DNA of 64,000 nt from Candidatus Altiarchaeota archaeon. GTDB taxonomy: Archaea > Altiarchaeota > Altiarchaeia > IMC4 > QMZM01. The stretch covers positions 36,458 to 100,457 of the forward strand of contig JAWAEV010000001.1 in assembly GCA_038891095.1 (NCBI GenBank). The letters run 5' to 3'. Positions 44,460 through 54,341 of this stretch are shown here, piece after piece. Each line of letters opens with the position of its first letter. The stretch's first letter is position 1. A model generated the notes under the pieces. That model was not told where the DNA came from. It made no database searches and saw only the letters and a list, made by a program, of their open reading frames with translations. The position numbers and the translations under genes were made by a program.

Positions 44460-46640
44460 TTATTTAAACTTGAAAAAAGCATATAACATTATTATTATAT
44501 TCAACAAAAATAGAAAAATACATGTTTCTAGTACACCTAAAATTGGGATCAATAATGTCGCCCCAAAATAAGCACCTATACACGCCCCAAGTAAATCTGA
44601 TGAATAAAGTAGGGGTGCTCTCTCTATAACTTTTAGGGATTTATTTTTTTCGTAAAGAGAAACTGCTAATGGAAAAACCGCTCCAACTAGGGCACCAATG
44701 ATTATAGTTAAAAATGGGAAGAGAACTTCAACTGAAAAGAACATGAAATTTTGATCAGTGATATTTGATATTGAAAAGAATATTAATGGGAGTGCTATGG
44801 AGTATAAAGCTATAAAAAATTGAAACTTTAGTAGTTCTAAATAAGAAAATTTCCCAAATTTGATTCTTTCTGTTATATAAATAGAGGCAAGAAATAGACC
44901 AAACATAAATGCAGTTATTATTACACCTATCTTCTCATAGACATAACCATAAAGAATTTGAAACCCAAAGATTAGGATAAATTCTATTAGCATTCCTGAA
45001 AAGCCAACTGACATTATAGCTAGGGATATCGGCTTTAATTTTGTAATATAAATAGAAAAAGCAAGTATGATCAAAAAAATTGCGATGATAAATTTAAAAT
45101 CCATATTAAAAAGACTAAGCCAATAGTGTAGATAATGATAAAGTGAAATTGGCCTGAAATCTTCATTAGTTCTTTCAGTACTATCATTCAGTGCTTTTTT
45201 AAAGTAATTTATTCTCTCATCATTGATCTTTCCATTTATGTAGTATTGCATATAGCTAGTGCTTATATTTTTCTGCATTAATTTCTCCTCATAGTTATAA
45301 TCTAACTCTTTATCAGATGAGATAAAGTAAATTGTTTCTCCAGGAATTATGAGAACATTCTTGAAAATTTTTTTTAAGGTTTTATAAATTGCAGAGTTTA
45401 AAGCTGAAACTTCTGAGCTTAGGTAATTTCCAGAACCAGAAGATAACCTCAAAGAGAAAATGCCATCTTTATTCAAAATTTTTTTAACTTCTGAGAAAAA
45501 CTCTAATGTGTAAAATCTGTTAACTTGTATTGAATTAGGAGTTGGTAGATCTACTATGATAACATCATAGCTCTCGTTACATCTCTTTACAAAAAATCTT
45601 CCATCATTTACATGAATGCTAACTTTTTCATTTCCTAAATTTTCAGGAACAAACTTGCTTGCTATTTCAATAATTTTTGCATCAAGTTCAACATAATCAA
45701 TTTTTTCAACAGATGAGTACTTTAGTAATTCATTCAAAGTTCCTGAAATACCACCAGATAATAAAAGAACTTTCTTAGGGTTTGAACTTTGGAGCATGGC
45801 ATAATGGACTCTTTCCTCATTTGAAAAATTTTCATTTGTTGAAAACAAGTGAAATGAATTCTCATAAAAATTTAGCTGATTTTGAAGTTTAGTAATAGTT
45901 ATAGTTCCGTAAATTGAATTTCCATGATAAATCAGTTGTTGTGAAGGGAACTGGAGTTTTATTGCCTCTGTTTGAAAATCTAAATTTAGAGATGTTAAAA
46001 AAAGAAGGGAGAGTATAGATAGTAAAAAAATGAATTTTTTTCTCTCATTAGAATTTAGAAGTTTAGATAATGCAAGAGCTGTGATTAAATTTAGTGCAAT
46101 AACAATTTCTGCGCTTTGGAATGAATTTAAGAAGAATATAAAAAAATAACTAAAAAGGAAACCTCCAGATAAACTGCCTAAGCTTTCCAAGACATAAACT
46201 CTATTAGCACCATGCTCTAAATAGCCTCTTCTTTTATTTTCTGAAAATATAGAACAGAGAAGTGCAAATTGAATTCCAAAAATTAAACATGGTATAAACA
46301 GAACTACAAAAGAAAAAAAGAAAACAAAAATTAAATTTACTTGCTCCCCTGGAGCAGCAACGAAACTCCTTGCTACTTTTACTAAAAAAATTGAAGGCAA
46401 TATTACTAATGAAATTAAAATTTCAGATGTTATGAAAATTTTTAGCTTCTCTCTAATATTTTGTAGAAATTTTCCGATATAGCTTCCAAAAGCAGTGAGA
46501 AAAAGCCAATTTCCTAAAACAACCGCAAGCAAAAGTTCATTTCCATAAAATCCAGAAATTGATTCTCTTAAGAGGATTATTTGCGTTAGTATTGATGAAA
46601 AGCCTAACAAAAAAGCTGCAAAAATAAGTGGCTTTTCCAT
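44460..46640 (-). CDS. polytopic membrane protein fused to a spermidine-synthase-like SAM-binding domain
   Basis: N- and C-terminal TM bundles around KKVLLLSGG, VELD, DGR, YDVIIVD, YTLEFF. Confidence 0.85.
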   Translation of the reverse strand: MEKPLIFAAFLLGFSSILTQIILLRESISGFYGNELLLAVVLGNWLFLTAFGSYIGKFLQNIREKLKIFITSEILISLVILPSIFLVKVARSFVAAPGEQVNLIFVFFFSFVVLFIPCLIFGIQFALLCSIFSENKRRGYLEHGANRVYVLESLGSLSGGFLFSYFFIFFLNSFQSAEIVIALNLITALALSKLLNSNERKKFIFLLSILSLLFLTSLNLDFQTEAIKLQFPSQQLIYHGNSIYGTITITKLQNQLNFYENSFHLFSTNENFSNEERVHYAMLQSSNPKKVLLLSGGISGTLNELLKYSSVEKIDYVELDAKIIEIASKFVPENLGNEKVSIHVNDGRFFVKRCNESYDVIIVDLPTPNSIQVNRFYTLEFFSEVKKILNKDGIFSLRLSSGSGNYLSSEVSALNSAIYKTLKKIFKNVLIIPGETIYFISSDKELDYNYEEKLMQKNISTSYMQYYINGKINDERINYFKKALNDSTERTNEDFRPISLYHYLHYWLSLFNMDFKFIIAIFLIILAFSIYITKLKPISLAIMSVGFSGMLIEFILIFGFQILYGYVYEKIGVIITAFMFGLFLASIYITERIKFGKFSYLELLKFQFFIALYSIALPLIFFSISNITDQNFMFFSVEVLFPFLTIIIGALVGAVFPLAVSLYEKNKSLKVIERAPLLYSSDLLGACIGAYFGATLLIPILGVLETCIFLFLLNIIIMLYAFFKFK

Positions 46641-46643
46641 ATT

Positions 46644-46775
46644 CTACTTTAATCCTCTTTTAAATTCCTTTATAGCTTCACCAAGAGAGCGAGCTAATTC
46701 TGGCAATTTTTTGCTCCCAAATAAAAGTAGGAGTATCAAAAAAATCAACAAAATTTCAAATGTTCCAATCGCCAT
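46644..46775 (-). CDS. tatA: twin-arginine translocase TatA
   Basis: Manual translation MAIGTFEILLIFLILLLLFGSKKLPELARSLGEAIKEFKRGLK. Confidence 0.92.
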   Translation of the reverse strand: MAIGTFEILLIFLILLLLFGSKKLPELARSLGEAIKEFKRGLK

Positions 46776-46837
46776 TTTGATGTATTTAGGCGTTATCTTT
46801 ATTAATAATTACTTTCCATTATAAATAACACCTATAA

Positions 46838-47815
46838 ATGAAAATTTATTATGATAAGGATATCAACTTAGGCATACTGAAAGATAAAAAAATTGCAGTT
46901 ATTGGCTATGGCAATCAAGGTTCAGCGCAAGCAAAAAATATGAGAGACTCTGGCTTAGAGGTTATAATAGGGCAAAGAAGAGGCAAAACAAAAGAGCTTG
47001 CAATAAAAGAAGGTTTTGAGGTTTATTCAATAGAAAATGCTGTGAAAAAAGCAGACATAATCTCAATACAACTTCCAGATGAAGTCCAAGCTGATATCTA
47101 TAAAAGAAAAATTCAGAAAAATTTAAAAGAAGGGAAAGTCCTGAATTTCTCACATGGATTTAATATAAGATTCAATCTAATAATCCCGCCAAAGAATGTT
47201 GATGTGACTCTTGTTGCACCTAAGGGTGTAGGAGTTATGCTCAGAGAAACATTCTTGAATAACTCTGGAGTTCCGGCGTTAATTGCAGTAGCTCAGGATT
47301 ATAGCGGCAACGCAAAAAAAATTGCTCTTGCACTTGCAAAGGCCATTGGTTCTGGAAGAATTGGGATTATTGAAACAACATTTGCTGATGAAACTGATGC
47401 TGACCTATTCACTGAGCAAGTTGATTTATGCGGCGGAGTTACAGAACTTATAAAGACGACTTTTGATATTCTTGTTAAGAGAGGTTACTCGCCAGAAGTT
47501 GCATATTTTGAAGCATTAACTGAGCTAAAATTGATTGTTGATCTGATACATAAAGGTGGCTTAGCCTATATGTGGTCAAAAGTTTCAAATACTGCAGAGT
47601 ATGGTGGCAGAGTAAATGGGCCAAGAGTTATAGATAGACATGTCAGAAAAAACATGGAAAAAATTTTAGAAGAAATTCAAACAGGAAAATTTGCAAAAAA
47701 ATGGATTAGAGAATATAGCAGAGGAATGCCAAATTTGAAGGAGATGAGGAAAAAAGATAGCATGCTAAGAATAGAAAAAATTGGTAGAAAAATAAGGAAG
47801 TTAAAATGTTCATAA
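46838..47815 (+). CDS. ilvC: ketol-acid reductoisomerase
   Basis: IAVIGYGNQG, FSHGF, VAPKG, DLFTEQ, AYFE, VSNTAEYG. Confidence 0.95.
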   Translation: MKIYYDKDINLGILKDKKIAVIGYGNQGSAQAKNMRDSGLEVIIGQRRGKTKELAIKEGFEVYSIENAVKKADIISIQLPDEVQADIYKRKIQKNLKEGKVLNFSHGFNIRFNLIIPPKNVDVTLVAPKGVGVMLRETFLNNSGVPALIAVAQDYSGNAKKIALALAKAIGSGRIGIIETTFADETDADLFTEQVDLCGGVTELIKTTFDILVKRGYSPEVAYFEALTELKLIVDLIHKGGLAYMWSKVSNTAEYGGRVNGPRVIDRHVRKNMEKILEEIQTGKFAKKWIREYSRGMPNLKEMRKKDSMLRIEKIGRKIRKLKCS

Positions 47816-47979
47816 GAAAGAAAAGGATTAAGGGAAGGGAGTATTTTTACTTAGTTAAAAGCATAAGGAAAGGGAAAAAAGTAAGGCAAATAACTTTGAA
47901 ATATTTTGGCACAGAAATCCCAAAAAATTTTGACTTTAAACACTTAGAAAACAAAGGAGTAATAAAATGCAAAAATTAG
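47806..47979 (+). CDS. 57-aa basic protein resembling the N-terminal beta domain of IS1634 transposases and some archaeal Fic proteins
   Basis: Manual translation MFIRKKRIKGREYFYLVKSIRKGKKVRQITLKYFG... Confidence 0.65.
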   Translation: MFIRKKRIKGREYFYLVKSIRKGKKVRQITLKYFGTEIPKNFDFKHLENKGVIKCKN

Positions 47980-49910
47980 AAATAAGGGCAATATTGTTAA
48001 TTTTTGTTTTGTTTTTTATTTCATTTGAAGCACTTGCAGATGAAACAATGCTATTAGAATGGTCCTATAAAGCAGATAGTACAATAACTTCTCTATACTC
48101 TGATGATATAAATTTGGATTCCTATGGAGAAATTATTTTTGCCTCATATGATAAGCTTTATGTCTTTGATAAAAAAGGAAATTTGCTAAAAAATTATAAA
48201 TTAAACTCAAAAGGGAAAGCATATGCTATTAAAACAACACATTTAGAAGACAATAAAACAAAAAAAATTTTTGTTGGATTTGGGTGGAATGAAAGAACTC
48301 CTGTTAGAAGGCAATATCTAAATTTAAGTGCAGACGGAAGTGCTATAACAAGAGGTATATTGTATGAGAAAAATTTGCATAAAGGCGAGTTAAAAATTTT
48401 TGATTATGTTAAAACTAATGAGACAAATAAAACAGAAATTAGTGGATGGATTAAAGAAATGATAATTGCTGATTTTGATTTTGATGGTGAAAATGATATA
48501 ATCCTTATCACATCTGGCTATGATACTTTTTTTTATGAAGAATGGGTTGATTGGGCTAGTGAAGTAAAGTGTAGTGATTTTAACTATAGTTCATATCAAC
48601 CACTTGGCTATAGCTGCACTCCAATATATATTGAAGGTTTATATTGCTACAGAGATTGCGAACCAATTAGCAACTTCACTTCTACAACACTACCAAAAAG
48701 ATATGAAAACAAAACTGGTAAAATAAAGGAGTTTTATGAAGAAACTAAAAAAAGAAGTTCAATAATTGTGCTATCTCAAAATTTTACAGAGAAGGTAAAT
48801 TCCACATATGAAAAAATTTTCTTGAATGCTGATTTTTTAAATTTTCAAAATTTTAGAAACATAATTATTAGCTCTGATGATAAAAAAATTTATTCACTCT
48901 CAGTAATGAACTTCACAGAGGAATGGACATATGAAAGCCCTGATGACATAAAAGAAGTTATTGCTACTGACCTTCAAGACGATGGAGTTCCTGAGATAAT
49001 TTTGGCATATTCTGGAAAAATATCTGGAGTTCAAGGCTTAACTAGATCTGGTGAAAAATTTTTGGATTTCAGAATTCCTCTGGGTGAGAATATAAGAGCA
49101 GTTTCTATCTATAGGCTATATGCACAAGATTCTGAGAAGAAAATTTTTATAATTACTGACAAAAATTTCTATGTGATGGAACTAAATGGAAAGACAATTA
49201 TAAAACAACCAATTTTAGGAATGGACAAAATGCTTGTTAGTGATTTTGACAAAGATAATAATACAGAAGTTGTACTATCGAAAGGTGAAGCTCTCTACTA
49301 TTATAAAATTTTGAGTGAATTTTCAAAGGAGAGTTTAGCTGATAAACTCTGTGAAAATGCAAAGAACTCAATGGATTTGAATTATACATTAGCAAGAGAA
49401 CTCGCAGAGACTGCGATTAAAACTTATAGAGAGATTAACAAAAGTGGAAAAGCTGAAGAATGCTATATTCTAATGTTAGAAATAGAAAAAAGAATTTTCG
49501 AGAAGAAAAAAGTGGAAGCAGATACATTCTATGCAAAAGCAATTAGCTTTTTTGCATTTGAAGATTATAAAAAAGCTGAAGAATTCGCTGATAATGCACT
49601 TGAAATTTATAAGGAGATTGATGATGTAAACGGAATAAAAAATTCAAATGCCCTCCTCTCAAAGATAAGAGAATTTTACGCTCCACCTACCACAATTGTC
49701 ACAACAACCACTTTTGAAGAAACTAAAACAGAAATACAAACAACAATTTTGCTAACGACAACTACTACGCTTCCCAAACAGAATCAAGAAGTGCCAACAA
49801 ATACAATATTGCTAATTGCACTAACAATTTTAGTTATTTTGATAATAATTTGGAAGAAAAGAGAACGCTCAGAGGAAAAAGAATTTTCAGAAATAACAAG
49901 GGAAAAGTAA
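47967..49910 (+). CDS. secreted FG-GAP plus helical repeat protein with Thr-rich linker and TM anchor
   Basis: DFDFDGENDI, DLQDDGVPEI, DFDKDNNTEV; paralog of 34212..35903. Confidence 0.75.
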   Translation: MQKLEIRAILLIFVLFFISFEALADETMLLEWSYKADSTITSLYSDDINLDSYGEIIFASYDKLYVFDKKGNLLKNYKLNSKGKAYAIKTTHLEDNKTKKIFVGFGWNERTPVRRQYLNLSADGSAITRGILYEKNLHKGELKIFDYVKTNETNKTEISGWIKEMIIADFDFDGENDIILITSGYDTFFYEEWVDWASEVKCSDFNYSSYQPLGYSCTPIYIEGLYCYRDCEPISNFTSTTLPKRYENKTGKIKEFYEETKKRSSIIVLSQNFTEKVNSTYEKIFLNADFLNFQNFRNIIISSDDKKIYSLSVMNFTEEWTYESPDDIKEVIATDLQDDGVPEIILAYSGKISGVQGLTRSGEKFLDFRIPLGENIRAVSIYRLYAQDSEKKIFIITDKNFYVMELNGKTIIKQPILGMDKMLVSDFDKDNNTEVVLSKGEALYYYKILSEFSKESLADKLCENAKNSMDLNYTLARELAETAIKTYREINKSGKAEECYILMLEIEKRIFEKKKVEADTFYAKAISFFAFEDYKKAEEFADNALEIYKEIDDVNGIKNSNALLSKIREFYAPPTTIVTTTTFEETKTEIQTTILLTTTTTLPKQNQEVPTNTILLIALTILVILIIIWKKRERSEEKEFSEITREK

Positions 49911-49955
49911 GAGTAAAATTCTGATATTTATTTTTAGAATTTACATAATTATATT

Positions 49956-50489
49956 ATGAGCAGAGGCATACCTATAAGAGTTCTAAATGAAGTTCTTTCT
50001 GAATCCTTAGGAAAGGAACATATATCAATAATAAAGAAATTGTCTAGGCCAATGTATGATGAGGACCTTGCTGCAGATCTCGGATTAAAGGCAACTGTTG
50101 TTAGAACATTATTAAATGAGTTGCATGCTAAGCGCCTTGTTGAATATGAAAGAATTAAAAATAAAGCGACTGGATGGTATACTTACATATGGAAAAAAAG
50201 GGAAGACATGATCGAGAGCTATGTGAAGACATATTTAGGGGAGAAAATTAACCAACTCAACACAATGTTGGAGAATGAAAAAACAATGAATTTTAAGTGT
50301 TCTTGTGGTGTTTTTTCATTTGATGAGGCGACAAATAATAGCTACATATGTCCATCATGCAATGAACCATTTACAACTTTTAAGAACTCTAAAAAAATAA
50401 GAGAGCTAAAAAGAGAAATTGAAAGAGCAAAAAAGATATATAACAAAATCCAAAGCATTACTTCTTCTAAGAGAGGCAGGCTGCGATGA
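49956..50489 (+). CDS. tfe: transcription factor E alpha
   Basis: DEDLA..LGLK..VRTLL..L, TGWYTYIW, zinc ribbon CSC...CPSC. Confidence 0.9.
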   Translation: MSRGIPIRVLNEVLSESLGKEHISIIKKLSRPMYDEDLAADLGLKATVVRTLLNELHAKRLVEYERIKNKATGWYTYIWKKREDMIESYVKTYLGEKINQLNTMLENEKTMNFKCSCGVFSFDEATNNSYICPSCNEPFTTFKNSKKIRELKREIERAKKIYNKIQSITSSKRGRLR

Positions 50490-50958
50490 AAATCTAATAA
50501 AGCATTCTATTGCTGTTTCAAAATTAGCTTCTAAAATTGCAAAAAAATTAAAATTTTCTGGTTATGACATAGATTTGGATTTTGTTGAAATTGCTGCGCT
50601 TCTTCATGACATAGGAAGATCAAAAACGCATAGCATAAAACATGGAATTGAAGGTGCAAAAATTTTAAGAAGAAAAGGTTTAGAAAAATTTGCAAAAGTT
50701 TGTGAAAGACATATCGGCGCAGGTATATCTAAAGAAGAAGCTTACTCTCTTGGAATGCCTAAGAGAGATTTCATACCAAAAACTTTAGAGGAGAAGATAA
50801 TAGCACATGCTGATAACTTAATTTCAGGTGATAAAGAAGTAGATATTAATGAAACTATTGCTGAGCTTAAGAAAGAGTTGGGTAAAGATCATCCTGCGAT
50901 ATTAAGAGTCGCTTTATTAGCAAAAGAGATAAACGAGTTACTTTCGAAATCTAAATAA
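50419..50958 (+). CDS. HD-domain protein (TIGR00295-like)
   Basis: HSIAV, LLHDIGRS, HGIEG, ERHIGAG, EEKIIAHADNL; tfe synteny; start uncertain. Confidence 0.85.
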   Translation: MKEQKRYITKSKALLLLREAGCDENLIKHSIAVSKLASKIAKKLKFSGYDIDLDFVEIAALLHDIGRSKTHSIKHGIEGAKILRRKGLEKFAKVCERHIGAGISKEEAYSLGMPKRDFIPKTLEEKIIAHADNLISGDKEVDINETIAELKKELGKDHPAILRVALLAKEINELLSKSK

Positions 50959-51119
50959 TTATTTATCAATTCCTTTAAATTTTCAACTGCCTCTCTTGGA
51001 GTTTCACCTGTTGAAACAAAACCAAGAAGGTCTTTTACATATGCGACGTAACCTTTATCCCTCACCTCAACAACAATATCAACTTTCAGTCTCGTAAAAT
51101 TTCTTTGTTTAAATTTCAT
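50889..51119 (-). CDS. HicB-like antitoxin domain protein (orphan)
   Basis: GYVAYVKDLLGFVSTGETPREAVENLKELI. Confidence 0.7.
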   Translation of the reverse strand: MKFKQRNFTRLKVDIVVEVRDKGYVAYVKDLLGFVSTGETPREAVENLKELINNYLDFESNSFISFANKATLNIAG

Positions 51120-51168
51120 TTTAAGCTAACTAATAGTATTAAACAACAAAGAATAAAAGACCAGAAAA

Positions 51169-52401
51169 ATGAAAAAAGACATTTTTGAATTGTCAATTAC
51201 AAAAGAGTTACCATATTCTGAGCTATTGGTTAAGAAACCGGAGTATAGACAACTTGTAACATTTAAAGAAAACAAAAAAAAGCCAATATATAATTGGTTT
51301 TACTATAAAGAGGGCTTCTCACCAGAACTTGTTATAAATTTACTTGAAAAACTTGAAATTAAAAAAGGTTCAGATATCCTCGATCCTTTTTGTGGGACAG
51401 GAAATACTTTGCTTGCTTGTAAAGAAAATGGTTATAATGCAATTGGCTTTGATATTCTACCACTATCTGTTTTTGTTTCAAATACGAAATTACAGAGAGA
51501 TTATGATACTGAAAAATTAAGAAATGCAATAAAAAACATAACTCAGATAAAATTTGGGGAACCAAAAATAAAATGGCCAAAATTGTGGTTTTTAAGTATA
51601 GATGCTGTCTTTTCAAGATATGCTAGAGAGGATTTACTTTTTTTTAAAGAAAAAATTCTTCAAGTGAAAGATGAAAAAATAAGAAATTTTCTTTTTCTTG
51701 GCTTATTGAGCATAGTTGGAGAAGCTAGTAACACAAAAAAAGATGGTGGAGTTATAAGAATTGTGAAAAAGAAACATCTTGCACCAGTGAGATATCTTCT
51801 GAAAAATAGACTAAAAAGAATGTACAAGGATATAAAAAGGCTCAACCCAAAAGAAAATGAACTTAAGGTTGAAGCAAAAGTTGGAGATGCAAAATTTCTT
51901 GACATAACTGAAAAATTTGATGCTTGCATAACCTCGCCGCCATATTTAAATTTTGTTGATTACACAAAACTTTATGGCTTAGAATTAGCTCTTTTTTTAA
52001 ATGATAACAAAGAGGTTGAGGATGTAAGAAAGAATGCTATAAGGTCATTCATCTGTGCAGATACTGAGCTAAAAGGAAAAGTAAACTCAGAAGTTCTCTA
52101 CAAAAGTCTATCAAAAATTAAAGAAAAACCAAAAATTGTAGAGTGCTATTTTTATGATATGCAATTAGCAATGTGTAGCATATTTAATGCACTAAAGAAA
52201 AAAGGGAAAGCAGCAATTGTCATTGGCAATACTTGTCTCCCAGAAATAACAATAGATTGTGATTTAATTCTTGCAGAAATTTCTGAAAAAATTGGTTTTA
52301 AAGTAAAAGAGATATGGGTTGCAAATGCAAGATGGTGTACTGTAAATGGAATTAAAAAAGAAAAGCCAGTAAGAGAGAGTATTTTAATTTTAGAAAAGTA
52401 A
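51169..52401 (+). CDS. DNA amino-methyltransferase, alpha class (likely N4-mC)
   Basis: NWFYYKEGFS, DPFCGTG before ITSPPY. Confidence 0.85.
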   Translation: MKKDIFELSITKELPYSELLVKKPEYRQLVTFKENKKKPIYNWFYYKEGFSPELVINLLEKLEIKKGSDILDPFCGTGNTLLACKENGYNAIGFDILPLSVFVSNTKLQRDYDTEKLRNAIKNITQIKFGEPKIKWPKLWFLSIDAVFSRYAREDLLFFKEKILQVKDEKIRNFLFLGLLSIVGEASNTKKDGGVIRIVKKKHLAPVRYLLKNRLKRMYKDIKRLNPKENELKVEAKVGDAKFLDITEKFDACITSPPYLNFVDYTKLYGLELALFLNDNKEVEDVRKNAIRSFICADTELKGKVNSEVLYKSLSKIKEKPKIVECYFYDMQLAMCSIFNALKKKGKAAIVIGNTCLPEITIDCDLILAEISEKIGFKVKEIWVANARWCTVNGIKKEKPVRESILILEK

Positions 52402-52403
52402 AT

Positions 52404-53681
52404 TTGGTAATAGAACATATAAACTCTAAAAAGATGGTATTTGCTAAAGTGATCATTGGAGATAGTAGAAAAATGATAGAACTTAAAGATAATACAATAG
52501 ATCTAACTGTTACTTCACCACCTTATTGGTATATTAAAAATTATGAAGTTGAGGGACAAATCGGGTATGGACAATCGCTGCATGAATATCTCAAGGATCT
52601 TTATATAGTATGGAAAGAGTGTTTTAGAGTTTTAAAACCTGGAGCAAGATTATGCATAAACATTGGAGACCAGTTTTTAAGGAGTATCATCTATGGAAAG
52701 TATAAGATAGCACCATTACATTCAGAATTCATTGTTCAATGTGAAAAAATTGGGTTTGATTATATGGGCTCTATTATTTGGCAGAAAAAAACTACTATGA
52801 ATACAACGGGTGGTGCTAATGTTATGGGTTCATATCCTTATCCACCAAGCGGGCTTGTAGAAATAGATTATGAGTTTATTTTAATTTTTAAAAAGCCTGG
52901 TAAAAAAGTTGCACCATCAGAAGAAATTAAAGAGAAATCTAAATTAACAAAAGAAGAGTGGAAGGAATACTTTTCTGGACATTGGAATTTTCCTGGAGAA
53001 AGACAAATAGATCATGAGGCTATGTTTCCAGAAGAATTACCAAAAAGGTTAATTAAAATGTTTACTTTTGTTGGTGATGTAGTTTTGGATCCATTTTTAG
53101 GAAGTGGAACAACAATCAAAGCAGCATTAAATTTAGAAAGAAATTCAATTGGATATGAAATAAATGAAAAATTCTTACCCATAATTAAGAAGAAAATCTG
53201 TTCAGCCCAAAATTTGATTAACTTCAATAAAAAAATCGAGATAATAAAAAGAGATAAAGCAGTGAAAATAGAAGATATAATAGATTATGTTCCTAATATA
53301 AAAGATGCAAAACCTCAAATTAGTCCAGCACTATTTAGGTTTAAACATGATAGATTATATACAGTCAAGAAAGTCTTAGATGAGAGCACACTTGAGTTAG
53401 ATACAAGCTTGTTAGTGAAATTATTAGGTATAAAAATTATTAAAAAGAATGAAGCAAAAAACTATTTAGAAAAATTTGTAAAAGGAAAGAAAATATTTCT
53501 TAAATTAGATCCTTCTTACAAACCCGAAAAAAATATTGTGCCAGCGTATGTGTTTTTAAAAAATAAAATTTTCATTAATAAAGAAATGCTTAAAGAAGGC
53601 ATTGCAGATGTACAAGAAGGAGATTTTCTGTATAAAGATTATTTTTTGAAAATCAAAACATTAGGTGAAAGAAATGGCTAA
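52404..53681 (+). CDS. DNA amino-methyltransferase, beta class, with C-terminal thermonuclease-like domain
   Basis: VTSPPYW, HEAMFPEEL, DPFLGSGTT; C-terminal VKKVLD..TLEL...LLGI...AYVFL...INKEMLKEG. Confidence 0.88.
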   Translation: MVIEHINSKKMVFAKVIIGDSRKMIELKDNTIDLTVTSPPYWYIKNYEVEGQIGYGQSLHEYLKDLYIVWKECFRVLKPGARLCINIGDQFLRSIIYGKYKIAPLHSEFIVQCEKIGFDYMGSIIWQKKTTMNTTGGANVMGSYPYPPSGLVEIDYEFILIFKKPGKKVAPSEEIKEKSKLTKEEWKEYFSGHWNFPGERQIDHEAMFPEELPKRLIKMFTFVGDVVLDPFLGSGTTIKAALNLERNSIGYEINEKFLPIIKKKICSAQNLINFNKKIEIIKRDKAVKIEDIIDYVPNIKDAKPQISPALFRFKHDRLYTVKKVLDESTLELDTSLLVKLLGIKIIKKNEAKNYLEKFVKGKKIFLKLDPSYKPEKNIVPAYVFLKNKIFINKEMLKEGIADVQEGDFLYKDYFLKIKTLGERNG

Positions 53682-54339
53682 AGAATGGATATTGAATATG
53701 GCAAATGGTAGATGGGGACTTACTAAGCAAAATAGAGTTGGCCCAGTAGCTGCTTGGATAAGAGAATGCAACCCAAAAGAAATTTCTGAATGGGAAAATT
53801 TCTACTTACAGAAATTAAGAGATTTTTTAAAGAATAAAGGAATTAATTTACAACCAATGGAATATTTAGAAAGTTTAGGAAAAACACTTTATACAAAAAT
53901 AACTGAAGTTTTAAGGTCTGAAATGGATGAAGTAACTGAAGAGGAATGTATAGGATATATAAAAAATCTTGTTATTAATAGAACATTTGAAGGTTATATA
54001 ACTGAAAAAGAAACAATTTATGGACAGCTACAAGAAATTTTAAATGTGAAAATAGAACCAGCACCAGATGAATGGGACAGACTTTATAATGTGGATTTTT
54101 TTATAAAAATAAAAAACAAATATATTGGTCTGCAAATAAAACCAGTTACCTTTGAACATGCTCCAGAATTTGCTACAAAATGGCAAGACGCATATAAAAT
54201 TTCTCATGAAAAATTTACAAAGAAATTTGGAGGGAGGGTATTTGTTGTATTGTCTATAAAAAAAGATAGAAAGAAAGTAATATTTAATAGAAGAATTATT
54301 AATGAGATAAAAACAGAAATTAACAAATTAAAATCTTAA
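53674..54339 (+). CDS. MjaI-family type II restriction endonuclease
   Basis: VGPV..WIREC, LVINRTFEGY, PAPDEWDRLYNVDF, IGLQIKP. Confidence 0.82.
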   Translation: MAKEWILNMANGRWGLTKQNRVGPVAAWIRECNPKEISEWENFYLQKLRDFLKNKGINLQPMEYLESLGKTLYTKITEVLRSEMDEVTEEECIGYIKNLVINRTFEGYITEKETIYGQLQEILNVKIEPAPDEWDRLYNVDFFIKIKNKYIGLQIKPVTFEHAPEFATKWQDAYKISHEKFTKKFGGRVFVVLSIKKDRKKVIFNRRIINEIKTEINKLKS

Positions 54340-54341
54340 AA

